A stretch of DNA of 64,000 nucleotides from Candidatus Thorarchaeota archaeon (GTDB taxonomy: Archaea; Asgardarchaeota; Thorarchaeia; Thorarchaeales; Thorarchaeaceae), in assembly GCA_963726195.1 (NCBI GenBank), contig CAVSBO010000008.1, positions 96,001 through 160,000 of the forward strand, written 5' to 3'. A program made the translations under genes and the position numbers. The notes beneath the pieces are model-generated. The model made no database searches, was not told the origin of the DNA, and was given only the letters and a program-made list of their open reading frames with translations. Positions 1-10,588 of the stretch are shown here, one piece after another (the first letter of the stretch is position 1; the number at the start of each line of letters is the position of its first letter).

Positions 1-1698
1 CTTGCCAACCGTACTGTTATCTTCGTACTTGACGGGCTGCGAGCAGACACATTCTATAGCACTCCCAAGCCTCATATTGAATCGCTTGGCAACTGGGCCA
101 ACTACACATCTATTCACTGCTCGACTCTTCTCAGCGTAAGCAGAACTGGCTATGCTGTGATCTCCTCGGGAGTGAATTCCACCGAAAGCGGGGTTATTGA
201 CAACGATGTGCATGGGGTCTTCCCGGGCGACTCTCTTTGGAATACGACCGTTGCTAACTCAGGAACCACTGCTGTAATAGGCAGCGACGCTTGGTACGAC
301 ATGTTCGGACCTTGGCTTAACTACTCTCTCACTTTTACCGACACGGAGCCGGGAAGCGACTCGATTCTCATCAACGCCACCACAGGTGCCGTGCTCAGCA
401 GGACGTCGGTGCCAACGTATTATGACAGTCTTGTCTCCTCATATGCAAGGCTCCTTTTCGAAGAGCATCAGCCTACCCTAATGGTGGTCCACTTCTGCGG
501 AACGGACGAGGCTGGTCATGCGAATGGAACATCCAGCGCGTCTTATGTGAACGCACTGAAGAACGACGATTCCTACATAGGCGAAGTCCTTGGTGCATAC
601 GAGACGGCCGGATTGCTGAATTCAACGCTTGTAATAGTCACTGCAGACCACGGGCAAATAGACATTCGACCAGGTCATGCGGAACATGGTGGAACGGAGG
701 AGGTCGTCCTTCACGTTCCTCTGATAATGAGAGGACCAGGAGTGAAACTTGGGACCTATGGAGCACCAGCACATCAGAATTCTATTGCTCCGACGATAGC
801 CGCTGCCATGGGTTGGGCCATACCCTCTGATTGCTCAGGGACAATTCTATTTGATTGCCTCAATCTCTCTTCACAGCAAGTCGCCATTCACAGAATCAAT
901 TTGGCGGAGGTGCGTGCGGCTCAGGCCGGGAAGACAGTCAGCAAGATGGGATACCTTTCAATCTACGAACCAGAGCTCACGGACTGCGCATTGCACCTTG
1001 TGTATTCCCAAGGCAACTTCACCGCTGGGAATTGGACTGCCGCTTCGCAAGATGCCCTCTTCACACAGACAATCGCTGAGACGGTTTTGCGGGAGTCTTG
1101 GTCAGCGAAGGCTGCCGAAGAGCGCACATTAAGGCTGGAAATCGTTGTGGCGGTTGCAGTTGGTGCCATCCTTCTCGCGGCTGTTATCATACGAGGGCCC
1201 GTTGCCAGAGCAAAGAGTGCGGATTCTGAAAAGCTCCGGATGCTTCTTGTGGCTATTACAGTACTTGCATACTTCGGCTTCCTGTACATTGGGCTGTCAC
1301 TGTTTGGTTGGAAGTTCTCTGCTAGCTATTTCTTCACTAGTGTCGGGGAGTTTGTGGTTATGACCTTTGGTCCCACCTTCTTCGCAATAGTGCTCGGCAG
1401 CATTCTTCTTTTCTTGCTCCTCAAGGCAGCTGACCACGTGTACTCCGCGAAGTCTAACCTGACCACATGGGCCACCGCCTTCGTTTTCTTTGTGGCGGTC
1501 GTGTTTCTGCTGATCACGGCATATTTCATCGTTGACGCGGGTCCGGGACTATTTTGGTTTGCCCGAGATGCAGATAGGCCGATAATGTACTTCTCTATGG
1601 TTCTTTCATACTTGGCCTTCGCGCTCTTCGCATTCCTCGGTCTGCTCGGTAGCAAAATCGTCTCTCGGATATCGCAGAGAGGGTCCCACAGTGGTTAG
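1..1698 (+). CDS. Alkaline phosphatase-superfamily (NPP/PIG-N-like) membrane protein, 5'-truncated by window edge
   Basis: Frame open from base 1 (LANRTVIFVLDGLRAD); metal motifs HFCGTDEAGH and TADHG..HGG; about 5 C-terminal TM helices. Confidence 0.8.
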   Translation, partial: LANRTVIFVLDGLRADTFYSTPKPHIESLGNWANYTSIHCSTLLSVSRTGYAVISSGVNSTESGVIDNDVHGVFPGDSLWNTTVANSGTTAVIGSDAWYDMFGPWLNYSLTFTDTEPGSDSILINATTGAVLSRTSVPTYYDSLVSSYARLLFEEHQPTLMVVHFCGTDEAGHANGTSSASYVNALKNDDSYIGEVLGAYETAGLLNSTLVIVTADHGQIDIRPGHAEHGGTEEVVLHVPLIMRGPGVKLGTYGAPAHQNSIAPTIAAAMGWAIPSDCSGTILFDCLNLSSQQVAIHRINLAEVRAAQAGKTVSKMGYLSIYEPELTDCALHLVYSQGNFTAGNWTAASQDALFTQTIAETVLRESWSAKAAEERTLRLEIVVAVAVGAILLAAVIIRGPVARAKSADSEKLRMLLVAITVLAYFGFLYIGLSLFGWKFSASYFFTSVGEFVVMTFGPTFFAIVLGSILLFLLLKAADHVYSAKSNLTTWATAFVFFVAVVFLLITAYFIVDAGPGLFWFARDADRPIMYFSMVLSYLAFALFAFLGLLGSKIVSRISQRGSHSG

Positions 1699-1701
1699 AT
1701 T

Positions 1702-1931
1702 GTCAACTACCCGCGACTAAAGTCGCAGGCTTGCCACTGCGATCCGTGGTAGGAACTCTACCTCGTCATTTCGCGCGACGTTTGGGCGGTTGACTTTCGC
1801 CCTCCCGACCACAGCATTGCCACGGTCGGACACGATCCTTCACTTTTCAAGCTCACATTTAAACTCGTATATCCCGCGGCGTCGTTTTCTCCCCCGACTG
1901 AAGTCGGGCGGTCTCCTCGCCGCGTTTCTAT
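1702..1931 (-). mobile_element. Non-autonomous IS200/IS605 miniature element, copy 1 (LE + promoter + omegaRNA-like scaffold + RE)
   Basis: Near-identical to 31012-31240 and 62436-62666; subterminal hairpins (CGACTTCAGTCG, CGACTTTAGTCG); ends GTTGAC; preceded by TTCAT on the minus strand. Confidence 0.85.
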
Positions 1932-1955
1932 ATGAATGAGTGTCCCATCATGATG

Positions 1956-3032
1956 CTAATTGGAGACTTGCTTTCTGTCACGAGGCCATGACTTGATTCT
2001 GATATTGTGGCCACATCTACTGCATCTGCCGTGCGCATCGGTGCCAGTGTTTGTAGAGTGCAACCCGTATCTGCTGTAGCACAGGTTGCCGCATTCTGGG
2101 CAGACGGTATTCTCAAGGCCTTGCTGTGGAGCATTACCTATGTACACGTAATGTAGGCCCGATTGTCGCCCGATTTCTCTTGCCTTCAGAAGTGTTTCAA
2201 TTGGTGTCTTAGGTCTCTTGTATCGATAGGAAGGAAAGTATCGATTCACGTGCCAAGGTGTGTCGGGACCCATATCCGAGACTATGCGCGACGCGATTTG
2301 TTGGAGGCAGTCTTCACCGTCGCTGAGTCCGGGGACCACGAGCGTTGTAAGTTCTACATCAATTCCTCTCTTCATCATGTGGATGGCGCTTTCCCAGACA
2401 TATTCAACGCGAAGGCCGCAGATTCTCTGAACTCCTTCTGCACAGCCCTTAATATCAACATTCGCAGCATCAAGACCTGCATCCGCCATCAGGTCAATCG
2501 CAGCATTTGTCATGTACCCGTTTGTTACTATGGTGTTGTATAGTCCCTTCTCATGGGCTAGTCTGAATACCTCTATGTTCCACTCTAGCATCAACGTAGC
2601 CGCTTCGTTGAAAGAAATCGAAGTCCCCTCACTGCCTTCGATAAGCGCTCTATCGACAAACTCGTTCGGACTCATATAGTGGGAGATTTCGGGACTCGGG
2701 TTCCTCTTCGAGATTTCGTAGTTCTGACAGAAGAGGCAAGTAGCATTACAACCCCAGCTGCCTACGGTGAGAGCCATTGTGCTTGGAGCGAAATGAAAGA
2801 ATGGTTTCTTCTCAATCGGGTTGTTGTTGATTGAAGAGATGTTCCCGTAGCAGAGAGTCATGACTCTGCCGTTGATACCTATTCTTGTGCCGCAGAACCC
2901 CTTCTTGCCGTCTGGAAGCAAGCAGCGATGGTTGCAGGTAAGGCATCTTGTGCCATCATCATCCTTGCTCTGTAGGAGGCCATCGTGAACTACCCTAGGA
3001 TCAAACAGTCCAATTCCTGTATCACTGTTCAA
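1956..3032 (-). CDS. amrS: AmmeMemoRadiSam-type radical SAM enzyme
   Basis: CxxCxxxC N-terminus, NPIEKKPFFHFAP, CNATCLFCQN radical SAM motif, C-terminal CPECG. Confidence 0.85.
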   Translation of the reverse strand: MNSDTGIGLFDPRVVHDGLLQSKDDDGTRCLTCNHRCLLPDGKKGFCGTRIGINGRVMTLCYGNISSINNNPIEKKPFFHFAPSTMALTVGSWGCNATCLFCQNYEISKRNPSPEISHYMSPNEFVDRALIEGSEGTSISFNEAATLMLEWNIEVFRLAHEKGLYNTIVTNGYMTNAAIDLMADAGLDAANVDIKGCAEGVQRICGLRVEYVWESAIHMMKRGIDVELTTLVVPGLSDGEDCLQQIASRIVSDMGPDTPWHVNRYFPSYRYKRPKTPIETLLKAREIGRQSGLHYVYIGNAPQQGLENTVCPECGNLCYSRYGLHSTNTGTDAHGRCSRCGHNIRIKSWPRDRKQVSN

Positions 3033-3227
3033 GTCATCACGTACGTGTAGAGTATTGGGTCTCGCAGTTCTTCTAGATTATGGAGGACTTCAATCCACAT
3101 AATGAGACAATACCACGAGGCCTCTTTGTTGCGGAAAGACAACGACACAGAAGAGACTGTTAATGCATCCAGCTATGTCAATGTGTCCACGCTTGTCTGA
3201 CATCACGCCGCATAGTCTTAATAGAGG

Positions 3228-3995
3228 ATGACTCTTGGTCGAAGAGTGGTGCTGGCACTGAGGAAAGACCGGCTGCACTCTGCTCACATCTGGATCATCA
3301 ACCATGATCAGAGCAGAGCTTTCAACGTGCTCTACATCAGTCTTGCGGTAATCCTCAGTGTTTTCGTGAGCCTATTCTGGCTCGTATTAATTGTTGGTAT
3401 TCATTTCGTACTTGAGGTCATACGCCAGCATTACCATTGTCCAGGATGTACGAAAAAGGTACTTGGAAGGTCCTTCTGGCAATTGAAGCTTGACTTCTCG
3501 TTTGTTGCTTTCTCTTTCGCTGCAGATGCCTACATGGGAATTCTGCTTGGCATGGCCGGGCTCGGCAATATCTCTCGTCTGCGCGGAATCGAACAGACTG
3601 AAATCAGCAGTGGAGCCCGACTCGGAGGGTACGAGAGGGCAGTGCGGGGTGTCGTGCTCTCTTCTGATGACATCGCTCGAACCACATCGACCGCCATTAG
3701 ACATAGGGACAGCATCAGAGATGATGAGCGCAATGGTGCATCGGAAGACGACCGGGCTAAGGAAGATTACGCTCCTACTCCAGCAATGCCTGAGTCAGGC
3801 CAGCCGCTAGTTCGACCGGGGCTGGCCTCCACGGATGCAGACCTGCAGGTGAGGTGGGCTCGCAAGGATTATGGTACTGTCGCCTTTGGAATCACGTGCG
3901 TTGTGCTTCTGTTTCTGACACCATGGCTGATAGGGATGACCTATGGCGAGCTGCTTCAAATAATCATTCAGGACCTTCGGCCATTCCCGACATAG
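3228..3995 (+). CDS. Hypothetical membrane protein
   Basis: 255-aa ORF with several hydrophobic segments. Confidence 0.6.
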   Translation: MTLGRRVVLALRKDRLHSAHIWIINHDQSRAFNVLYISLAVILSVFVSLFWLVLIVGIHFVLEVIRQHYHCPGCTKKVLGRSFWQLKLDFSFVAFSFAADAYMGILLGMAGLGNISRLRGIEQTEISSGARLGGYERAVRGVVLSSDDIARTTSTAIRHRDSIRDDERNGASEDDRAKEDYAPTPAMPESGQPLVRPGLASTDADLQVRWARKDYGTVAFGITCVVLLFLTPWLIGMTYGELLQIIIQDLRPFPT

Positions 3996-4068
3996 TTGGA
4001 AAGGTCTTGTGGCAGCACCCTATACTGGTGCAATCGACAGCACAAGCGACGACTCCCTTCCTCACAAT

Positions 4069-5025
4069 CTACGTGACGAACGACTCGTCAATGCTGACCA
4101 TGACCTGTTCGGTGTTCATGCTCGCCGTCAGCCACATTGGAAACGGGACGTTGGGCGTGTAGTGGCCGAAATCTATCCCGGCGATTACGGGGAAGTCGAA
4201 CTCATCAGCTATTTCTAATGCGGCTGGTTTGACATCGTCTGTCATATCTCTCAGGGCACCTCCTTCCTCTCCTCTTATCTTGCCTATGAGCATCCCACGA
4301 GCCCTATCGAAAAGACCTGCTTCCCTGAAGTGAGACAGCTTCTGGTCGATGTGACTGAGAGGCTGAGTCATTGCCTCCCAGAAGAAGATGGTGTCTTCTT
4401 TCAACTGGGGAATGTAGCGTGTTCCGATCGAGCACTGGATACTATTCATGTTTCCACCAAACAACCTTCCCTTGGCGAATCCGTCTCGCCACACTTCCCA
4501 TTTGGTAAGGGCCGGTAGTGTCCCTATTGGTTCGGCATTCATGGTGACCTTGAAGAACAAGTCACGTTCAAACTTCGCTTCTTCACTATTGATGTCCGCT
4601 CCAAATCCAAAGGTCACATCAGTTTGATGGAGTCCACTGAGACCTGCCCGCGCCAAGAACGCTAAGTGATACGTTGTTATGTCACTCATTCCAGAGAATA
4701 CCTTTGGATTTGCTCTTATCAGATTGAAGTCTAGGTAGCGCAGGGTGCGAATTGCCACCTGTCCTCCGAAAGCACAGACAATCGCCTTCACCTCTCTATC
4801 TGCAAATGCGGCATTGATATCTTCCGCTCTTTGCTCGTCCGTCCCTGCCATGTACTCTCTGTAACTGAGTCTTACAGTCTTGCCCTCTTTCACCCTGAAG
4901 CCGAGTTGTCTCAGATTCTTGATTCCCTGATCATATTTCTCTTGAAACATCATGACAGGATGAGACGGCGCAATCACTCCAATCGTGTCGCCTTCGACAA
5001 GTCTTCTTGGCTTCACTAGCTTCAC
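4069..5025 (-). CDS. S66 family peptidase (LD-carboxypeptidase/MccF-like)
   Basis: GDTIGVIAPS, RAEDIN, GMSDIT catalytic Ser, GRLFGGN, DFGH. Confidence 0.9.
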   Translation of the reverse strand: MKLVKPRRLVEGDTIGVIAPSHPVMMFQEKYDQGIKNLRQLGFRVKEGKTVRLSYREYMAGTDEQRAEDINAAFADREVKAIVCAFGGQVAIRTLRYLDFNLIRANPKVFSGMSDITTYHLAFLARAGLSGLHQTDVTFGFGADINSEEAKFERDLFFKVTMNAEPIGTLPALTKWEVWRDGFAKGRLFGGNMNSIQCSIGTRYIPQLKEDTIFFWEAMTQPLSHIDQKLSHFREAGLFDRARGMLIGKIRGEEGGALRDMTDDVKPAALEIADEFDFPVIAGIDFGHYTPNVPFPMWLTASMNTEQVMVSIDESFVT

Positions 5026-5170
5026 ACAAATCGCACTCCCGAGTCTGCGTTCCTCTCTGGGCGCGCATCTGTACTAAATCCTTTGTTGAACGCCAGATCG
5101 TCAAGATTACGCACGCTATCACTGGATTCCTTGTATGTCGGTGTGCGAAAGAATAACCATTGCCTTCGCT

Positions 5171-5872
5171 TCATCCTATTTCAAAGGCGAAGGACCTCTT
5201 GGGTCTCACAACTACTCCAAACCCCGCTAGATAAGCTGGCCTGTCGTTGGCGCTAGCATAAGTCGTTTGCATGAATCTCCTTGCGGCGACCAGAAACAGG
5301 TCATGGGTTACATGTAGGTGCATCGAGCCATCTGGAGCCGACCTGAGTTTCCGAATCATCTCCCCAACCACTCTCGTCTGGAACTTGCCGTAGGACTCCA
5401 TCTGTTGTTCTGTGAACATACCGTTTTGCCAGTCTTCGACGAACTCTAGAACGCGGATTCCATCCCTTCCAATCTTCTGCCACACCTGCGGATCAATCAC
5501 ACGCGGCCCCACGAGAAGGTCCGAGGCTTCAATCAAATCCACATGTCCGCCTGCGTCATGAATGCCTTCTGCAATGTCCTCGGCCGTCTCCGTGCATCGC
5601 GGCACGTAGCTATGGAATATCCTTGTGTTCTTTCGTAAGGGGAGTCTCCCACCGAATTCCCTTGCCATTCGATGTCCTAGTCCAGTCAGTCCTCTGCCAA
5701 TCATATCATCATAGCTTGCAATTGTCTCTCTGTGAGAGTGTCTGACGACCAGCATGAACGAGGTGTCACTTGCGACCGAGTGCGACCAACGAATCAGCTC
5801 TTTTGCCTCACCAAGCCAATCCTGACTGTTCCACTCTTGTTCGAAGTTGGTTGTGGACTCTTCTGCGCTCAT
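5171..5872 (-). CDS. Histidine phosphatase family protein
   Basis: VRHS, RCTETAE and VTHD motifs. Confidence 0.8.
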   Translation of the reverse strand: MSAEESTTNFEQEWNSQDWLGEAKELIRWSHSVASDTSFMLVVRHSHRETIASYDDMIGRGLTGLGHRMAREFGGRLPLRKNTRIFHSYVPRCTETAEDIAEGIHDAGGHVDLIEASDLLVGPRVIDPQVWQKIGRDGIRVLEFVEDWQNGMFTEQQMESYGKFQTRVVGEMIRKLRSAPDGSMHLHVTHDLFLVAARRFMQTTYASANDRPAYLAGFGVVVRPKRSFAFEIG

Positions 5873-5906
5873 AGTTGGTTTGAGAACTGTTGTAACGACA
5901 TGCTAA

Positions 5907-8096
5907 TTATGCTTCTGCCTCGGACTGCAAAGACGTTCCACTGACCTGATTCTTCCTTATTGTTCCTCCTCGGCGGACATACAGGACTAGAGAGAATATC
6001 AGAACTATGACTGCCAAGTATGCTATAAACTGATAAAACGGCAGAATTGTCAACTGGAAAGGCTCTCCTTCCAAGGCACCTACGAGCATGTTCAGGACAT
6101 CGCCCACTGCAAGTACCGATATGAAAAGCCCGACGAGCTCCATTGCTCTGGCGCTTCTGGCTTCCTGTTCGGCTTCCAGCTTCTCTTGTTCCTTGGCCCT
6201 GCGTTCTACCACCCCCGCTGCGATATCTGAGAAGAGGGTCTCATGATGGGAAAGAATTCCAAGTCTGCGCTCGAGAAACTCAACCATGGGGTTCACATTC
6301 AGAGCATCCATCATCGCTCTCAGGAGCTCTGCGTGGTCGCGGAAATGCGAGGTAAGTGTTCCGCGAATTAGTTCGATGGTCATATGTGCCATCGTGTCAA
6401 AGTGAATTACTGGTAACAGCTCTTTTCGGCCATCTGAGATTCTTTTTTCAGCTACGTCGAGTTCAAGCTTATCAAGCTCATCGGCGAGGTCCTTTGTCTT
6501 CTCTACAAAGGAATTCAAGAGATCTCCGGCAATCTCTATCAGCGTAGAAATCAGACATCGCAAGCGAACAACGGTTTCGACCGTTTCCTGATATTGAACA
6601 ACAATCCAGTGCGGATCGTCCGGAAATGAGAGCACTCCATGGTTCTCTGTGGTTACAAGGAGATCGGTCGTGTGCGAGCGTATGGGGGCGAGATTGCGGG
6701 ACCGAACTGGTTCCCGAGTAATCCAATCATCAAGTGCCGCACGAGCTTCCATTTGTCCTATGAGCAGACCTCTGAAGTCCGGATGTTGAGCCGCCTCTTC
6801 GAGCGTGACTGCTGCTTCCTCGTTGGCATTTCTGAGCGAGATGCCGTGTCGAATCAATGCATATGCGTACCAATTGAGATGTGGAACGAATCTAATGGCA
6901 GCATCGGACTCAATTCTGGTGAAGGACTTCCGCAGTGCGTCGACTACTTCATCGGCGACTTCGGAGAGATACCTGTAGGTCTTGTCCTGCCATTTGATTG
7001 AATACTCTGCAGAGGGGGGACCGTTGAAAGTGAGGTACGTGCGCAAATCAGAGATTGTCATCTCCTCCTCCTCTGCCTTCAGATAGATGGTGCCAATCGC
7101 ATACCTGTACAATCTAACAGAAAGCGTCATCGACACATCCTTGCCTCTGAAGTTCAGCGTGACAGGTTGCAGCGAAATGACCAGATTCGTCATCCTGCTT
7201 GCTCCCAAAACTGTCTCGAACAGGTCACTGAGAGAATCCTCATCAACAGTCTCAATCTTTACACCGGCAGAATTCATCTGCTCCACAAAGCTAGTGCTGT
7301 CTTCCAAGAGTTTGTCCAAGATTCTGTTCAGGCACCTCTCCTCAACCCAGAAGCTAAGCATCCAATTGAGTTCATTGCTCTTCAGAACCAAGTATTCGGG
7401 GTGCTTTGCTGCCATGCTACTGTGACGCTGCAGAAAAGCGTAGTAGCTGGACAGTTCTGTGAAAGAGTCTTCGTCACCGCTTTCTTCGAGGAACTTCAGA
7501 CTTGAGATGATGGTTTTTTCTGCTTCTGCGTAGACCTTCTTGAACTGAGGGGTCCTTATTGCAGACATTGCTCTGGCATAGGCAGCCACTCCTTCTCCAT
7601 AGTATTTCCAGACCATCAGCTGCGAGCGAAGCCAGCCGACGAAATCGCCTTCTCGCTCCTCGAGGCCACCCAGGTATTCAAGCCCGCTTGCAGCCAAGTT
7701 TCCAAGTCTATTGGCGAACTCAAACATGGACTTCGGGTCCGTTGAGATGAGGGCATTCTCAAGATCAATTGCAGAACTTACGATTCCGTTTAGGGTTTTC
7801 AGCGAACGCAATCCCTTCTGCTCAAGCTTGGGACATGATTCTATGCTTTGATCAATGACTTCATCCGCTTTACGGAGGAGGTCCCTGGCCATTGCATAAT
7901 CGTATGAGGATTCCCACCTAGAATACCCCTCCATGTGCAGCATCAATACCTGAAGGACTATCGACAGTGTCCTGTCCTTGGAATCGGATAACTCTTTCTT
8001 GGCCATGATGGACGCGTCTTCATACTCGCATTCATCATAGAGGTCGAGTATTGGTTTGAGAATGGGCAGGAAGTCACGGAACGGCATAAGGTTCAC
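5907..8096 (-). CDS. Hypothetical protein: helical (TPR-like) N-terminus, coiled coil and two C-terminal TM helices (CorA/RMD1-like architecture)
   Basis: 729-aa ORF overlapping the upstream GNAT stop (GTGA). Confidence 0.6.
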   Translation of the reverse strand: MNLMPFRDFLPILKPILDLYDECEYEDASIMAKKELSDSKDRTLSIVLQVLMLHMEGYSRWESSYDYAMARDLLRKADEVIDQSIESCPKLEQKGLRSLKTLNGIVSSAIDLENALISTDPKSMFEFANRLGNLAASGLEYLGGLEEREGDFVGWLRSQLMVWKYYGEGVAAYARAMSAIRTPQFKKVYAEAEKTIISSLKFLEESGDEDSFTELSSYYAFLQRHSSMAAKHPEYLVLKSNELNWMLSFWVEERCLNRILDKLLEDSTSFVEQMNSAGVKIETVDEDSLSDLFETVLGASRMTNLVISLQPVTLNFRGKDVSMTLSVRLYRYAIGTIYLKAEEEEMTISDLRTYLTFNGPPSAEYSIKWQDKTYRYLSEVADEVVDALRKSFTRIESDAAIRFVPHLNWYAYALIRHGISLRNANEEAAVTLEEAAQHPDFRGLLIGQMEARAALDDWITREPVRSRNLAPIRSHTTDLLVTTENHGVLSFPDDPHWIVVQYQETVETVVRLRCLISTLIEIAGDLLNSFVEKTKDLADELDKLELDVAEKRISDGRKELLPVIHFDTMAHMTIELIRGTLTSHFRDHAELLRAMMDALNVNPMVEFLERRLGILSHHETLFSDIAAGVVERRAKEQEKLEAEQEARSARAMELVGLFISVLAVGDVLNMLVGALEGEPFQLTILPFYQFIAYLAVIVLIFSLVLYVRRGGTIRKNQVSGTSLQSEAEA

Positions 8097-8962
8097 CTCG
8101 TCTTCCCGCCAATGGGCTTCCTCATGAGGTATTCAGAGTCGACCCGCTTGAGGCCTCTTCCGTATGCATATTCCATGAGATCCTGGTGGCTATCTTGTAA
8201 CCAAACATCGACTTGTCTTGTTTTCACGAGGGTCACTGCTGTGTCCAGCACGGCCTTGCCGAACCCCGGCTTAATCCAGAGCGCAAGCTCTGTCGAACTG
8301 CTCTCTTTCTTTACTTCGGGCAAGCTCACAGTGCCCACTATCTTCTGGTCTTCGCGTGTCATCAAAACATGGCAGTTCCCCTCCGAGATACGTCTCTTCC
8401 AGCTGTTCACGTCGCTGGCATCCCAGTAGGCATCAGGAACAAGGCGTGACAGTTTCACAGCATCTCTGGTCTCAGCGTCACGAACTGCGAGTTGTTGGGC
8501 AGGATTAGTTTGCCAGGTGCTGGTTCTCAAACGAACTACTAAGAAACGCATATCGTATCCCAGTTTCTCATAGAGGGAGATGGCTCGAGAGTTATGAGTC
8601 TTCACGCCGATAGCAAGATCGGTAATCTCTGTCCCGCTCTTTGACAATAGTTGTTCCGACTCGGCGATGAGCTTGGTGCCTATGCCCTTGTCACGCTGCT
8701 CGGGGACCACGGCCAGTTCCCAGACCATGCCCCATTTCAGAGACTCAATGACGGAATTGATCACAACTCCCACAATCTCATTGTCTAGAACGGCCACTCG
8801 CCATAGTTTTCCGAGATTGCCGTTCTCCCGGTTTGTGTCCCACGACTTCGAGAACCGTTCATAGGTTGTCTCGTCAACATTCGGTAGACCCGTGTTGTAG
8901 ACGTCATAGAATCGCTTCTTTTCTTCAGGCAATGGAGTTCGAATACTCAATTTCACGGACAA
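8093..8962 (-). CDS. GNAT family acetyltransferase (tandem domain)
   Basis: LAVVPEQRDKGIGTKL, NSRAISLYEKLGY. Confidence 0.85.
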   Translation of the reverse strand: MSVKLSIRTPLPEEKKRFYDVYNTGLPNVDETTYERFSKSWDTNRENGNLGKLWRVAVLDNEIVGVVINSVIESLKWGMVWELAVVPEQRDKGIGTKLIAESEQLLSKSGTEITDLAIGVKTHNSRAISLYEKLGYDMRFLVVRLRTSTWQTNPAQQLAVRDAETRDAVKLSRLVPDAYWDASDVNSWKRRISEGNCHVLMTREDQKIVGTVSLPEVKKESSSTELALWIKPGFGKAVLDTAVTLVKTRQVDVWLQDSHQDLMEYAYGRGLKRVDSEYLMRKPIGGKTR

Positions 8963-9111
8963 CTCAGCATTCCTCGTGGATTGGCTTACCCAGCCACCTT
9001 ATCGTCGCACTTGAGAATCGGTAACTGTTGTTCTACAAAAAAAGAGGATTGTATCTGTCTATTTCGGTTTTGCTCCTAATCGGAATCACCGTGCAGTTCA
9101 TTTTGCATTCG

Positions 9112-9855
9112 CTACGGAAAGACCTCCAATAGGTCAATAATGTTCCTTACAACTGTGACATCTGGTGGAGCATGCTCGCCATCCTTTGGATTATAGGATG
9201 TCAGCAGAAACGGTGTCATCCCTGCTCTCCTTGCTCCTTCAATGTCGATACTGACGAAGTCTCCAATACAGGCACATCTGATGGGATTGACACCCAAGCG
9301 AGTCGCGGCTTGTATCAACATGAAAGGTGAGGGCTTCGCATAGCCGGGCACTCGTGAGTACTCCACTGCTTCGAAGAGATTGAGTATTGAATCCCTCTCG
9401 AGGAGGGGTGTTGGGTCCCCCCAGCGGTTTGTCACTAGCCCGAGCTTGTAACCCCTTGAGTGCAGCTCCTTTACGACCGACTTCGACCCGTCGGGCAAGC
9501 GGGACCGCATGTCTACACCGTAGCCTTCCCACTTAGAAATCATGTCTGCGGCTAGAACGTCAAGCCTCTCCTTGATTCCGAGCGAAGTGAGCAGCCTGTG
9601 TCCGTATTCAACCCACAAATCATGTGATGGTCTCCAGTGTTGGTCGGCATCAAAAGCTAGCATATGCTCGTTCAACCAACGGTCTGGGCCCCGTGTGAAT
9701 GCACCCTGAAGCCTTTCGTCTGAAAACCTACTTTGCTTTTCGAGACCTATTTCCTTGAGAAGCCTGCGAGCAATATCAAGCATCCTTGCGTCTGACGTAT
9801 ACAGAGTGTCATCAAGATCGAATATGAGAGCGATTTTCTTAATTGGAGACAGCAA
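9112..9855 (-). CDS. HAD-superfamily hydrolase
   Basis: FDLDDTL, VTN, KPSP and IGD..DIEGA motifs. Confidence 0.9.
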   Translation of the reverse strand: MLSPIKKIALIFDLDDTLYTSDARMLDIARRLLKEIGLEKQSRFSDERLQGAFTRGPDRWLNEHMLAFDADQHWRPSHDLWVEYGHRLLTSLGIKERLDVLAADMISKWEGYGVDMRSRLPDGSKSVVKELHSRGYKLGLVTNRWGDPTPLLERDSILNLFEAVEYSRVPGYAKPSPFMLIQAATRLGVNPIRCACIGDFVSIDIEGARRAGMTPFLLTSYNPKDGEHAPPDVTVVRNIIDLLEVFP

Positions 9856-10135
9856 AGAAGTGTCCTCGAGTCACGACTGTAATGATGATTGACTGAATGT
9901 CACCTTCTATCTATGGTTTGCGGCGATTGTGCATTAACTGTCTGAGTCTCGAGTTTGACTGACTACCACGGCGTGACCATGAACGAGCCTGTGGCTAGGC
10001 TGTCAGGCGGCGACTTTCGTTCGGACGGCTCCAAAATGACAGGTGTATCGCAATCACGGTGAGTGCGAAGAATGCTCTCGCCACGTTGGAGAATGATGAT
10101 GTCGAAATGCCTCCCTGCCGGATCAAGAGGTCCGC

Positions 10136-10586
10136 CTAGGAATCCCATGTGATTCCAAGCATTCTCTCGGCCGTTTCCCACAACCTTCGTTGCAGGTCCA
10201 AATCATAGGACAGCTCGGACGAGCGGCTCTCTTCCTTCTTTGAGAAATACTTGCCGCTGACACCCTCGATGTCTGGCGACGATGCAAGAAGAACAGAAGT
10301 CTCTGCCCCCTTCTCTGGAGGGATTTGCATTGGACGTACCATCTTGAACATGACACTGCTTCGGGTTCCTGCGTTGCCTCCCAGATTGGTTGCAACGAAA
10401 CCCGGATGAACGACGTTGGCAGTTACACCAGTGTTCTCCAGACGGCGAGCTAGTTCGTAAGTGAACATGAGAACCATTAGCTTGGCATTCTGATACGCTG
10501 TCATTCCTTTGTAGTGCTTCGTGCTCTGAAGATTGTCGAAGTCGATCACTCCATTCTTGTGAAGTCCTGAGGTTATGTTGATAACC
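10136..10586 (-). pseudogene. SDR oxidoreductase (retinol dehydrogenase-like), C-terminal half, interrupted by insertion
   Basis: VINITSGLH...AYQNAK (YxxxK)...VHPGFVATNL; joins the N-terminal half in frame as PSR-VIN. Confidence 0.9.
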
Positions 10587-10588
10587 GT

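Noticed and set aside
1702-1931. Reading the mini-element as an IscB/HEARO RNA (starts GTCAACTACCC on +)
   Set aside because: G-U pairing, the TATA-like box, the GTCAAC/GTTGAC pseudoknot and the position of the YTCAT target all favour the opposite, TnpB-type orientation; there is no IscB ORF.
9963-10181. 72-aa ORF downstream of the SDR
   Set aside because: No recognisable motif; it overlaps the SDR end.
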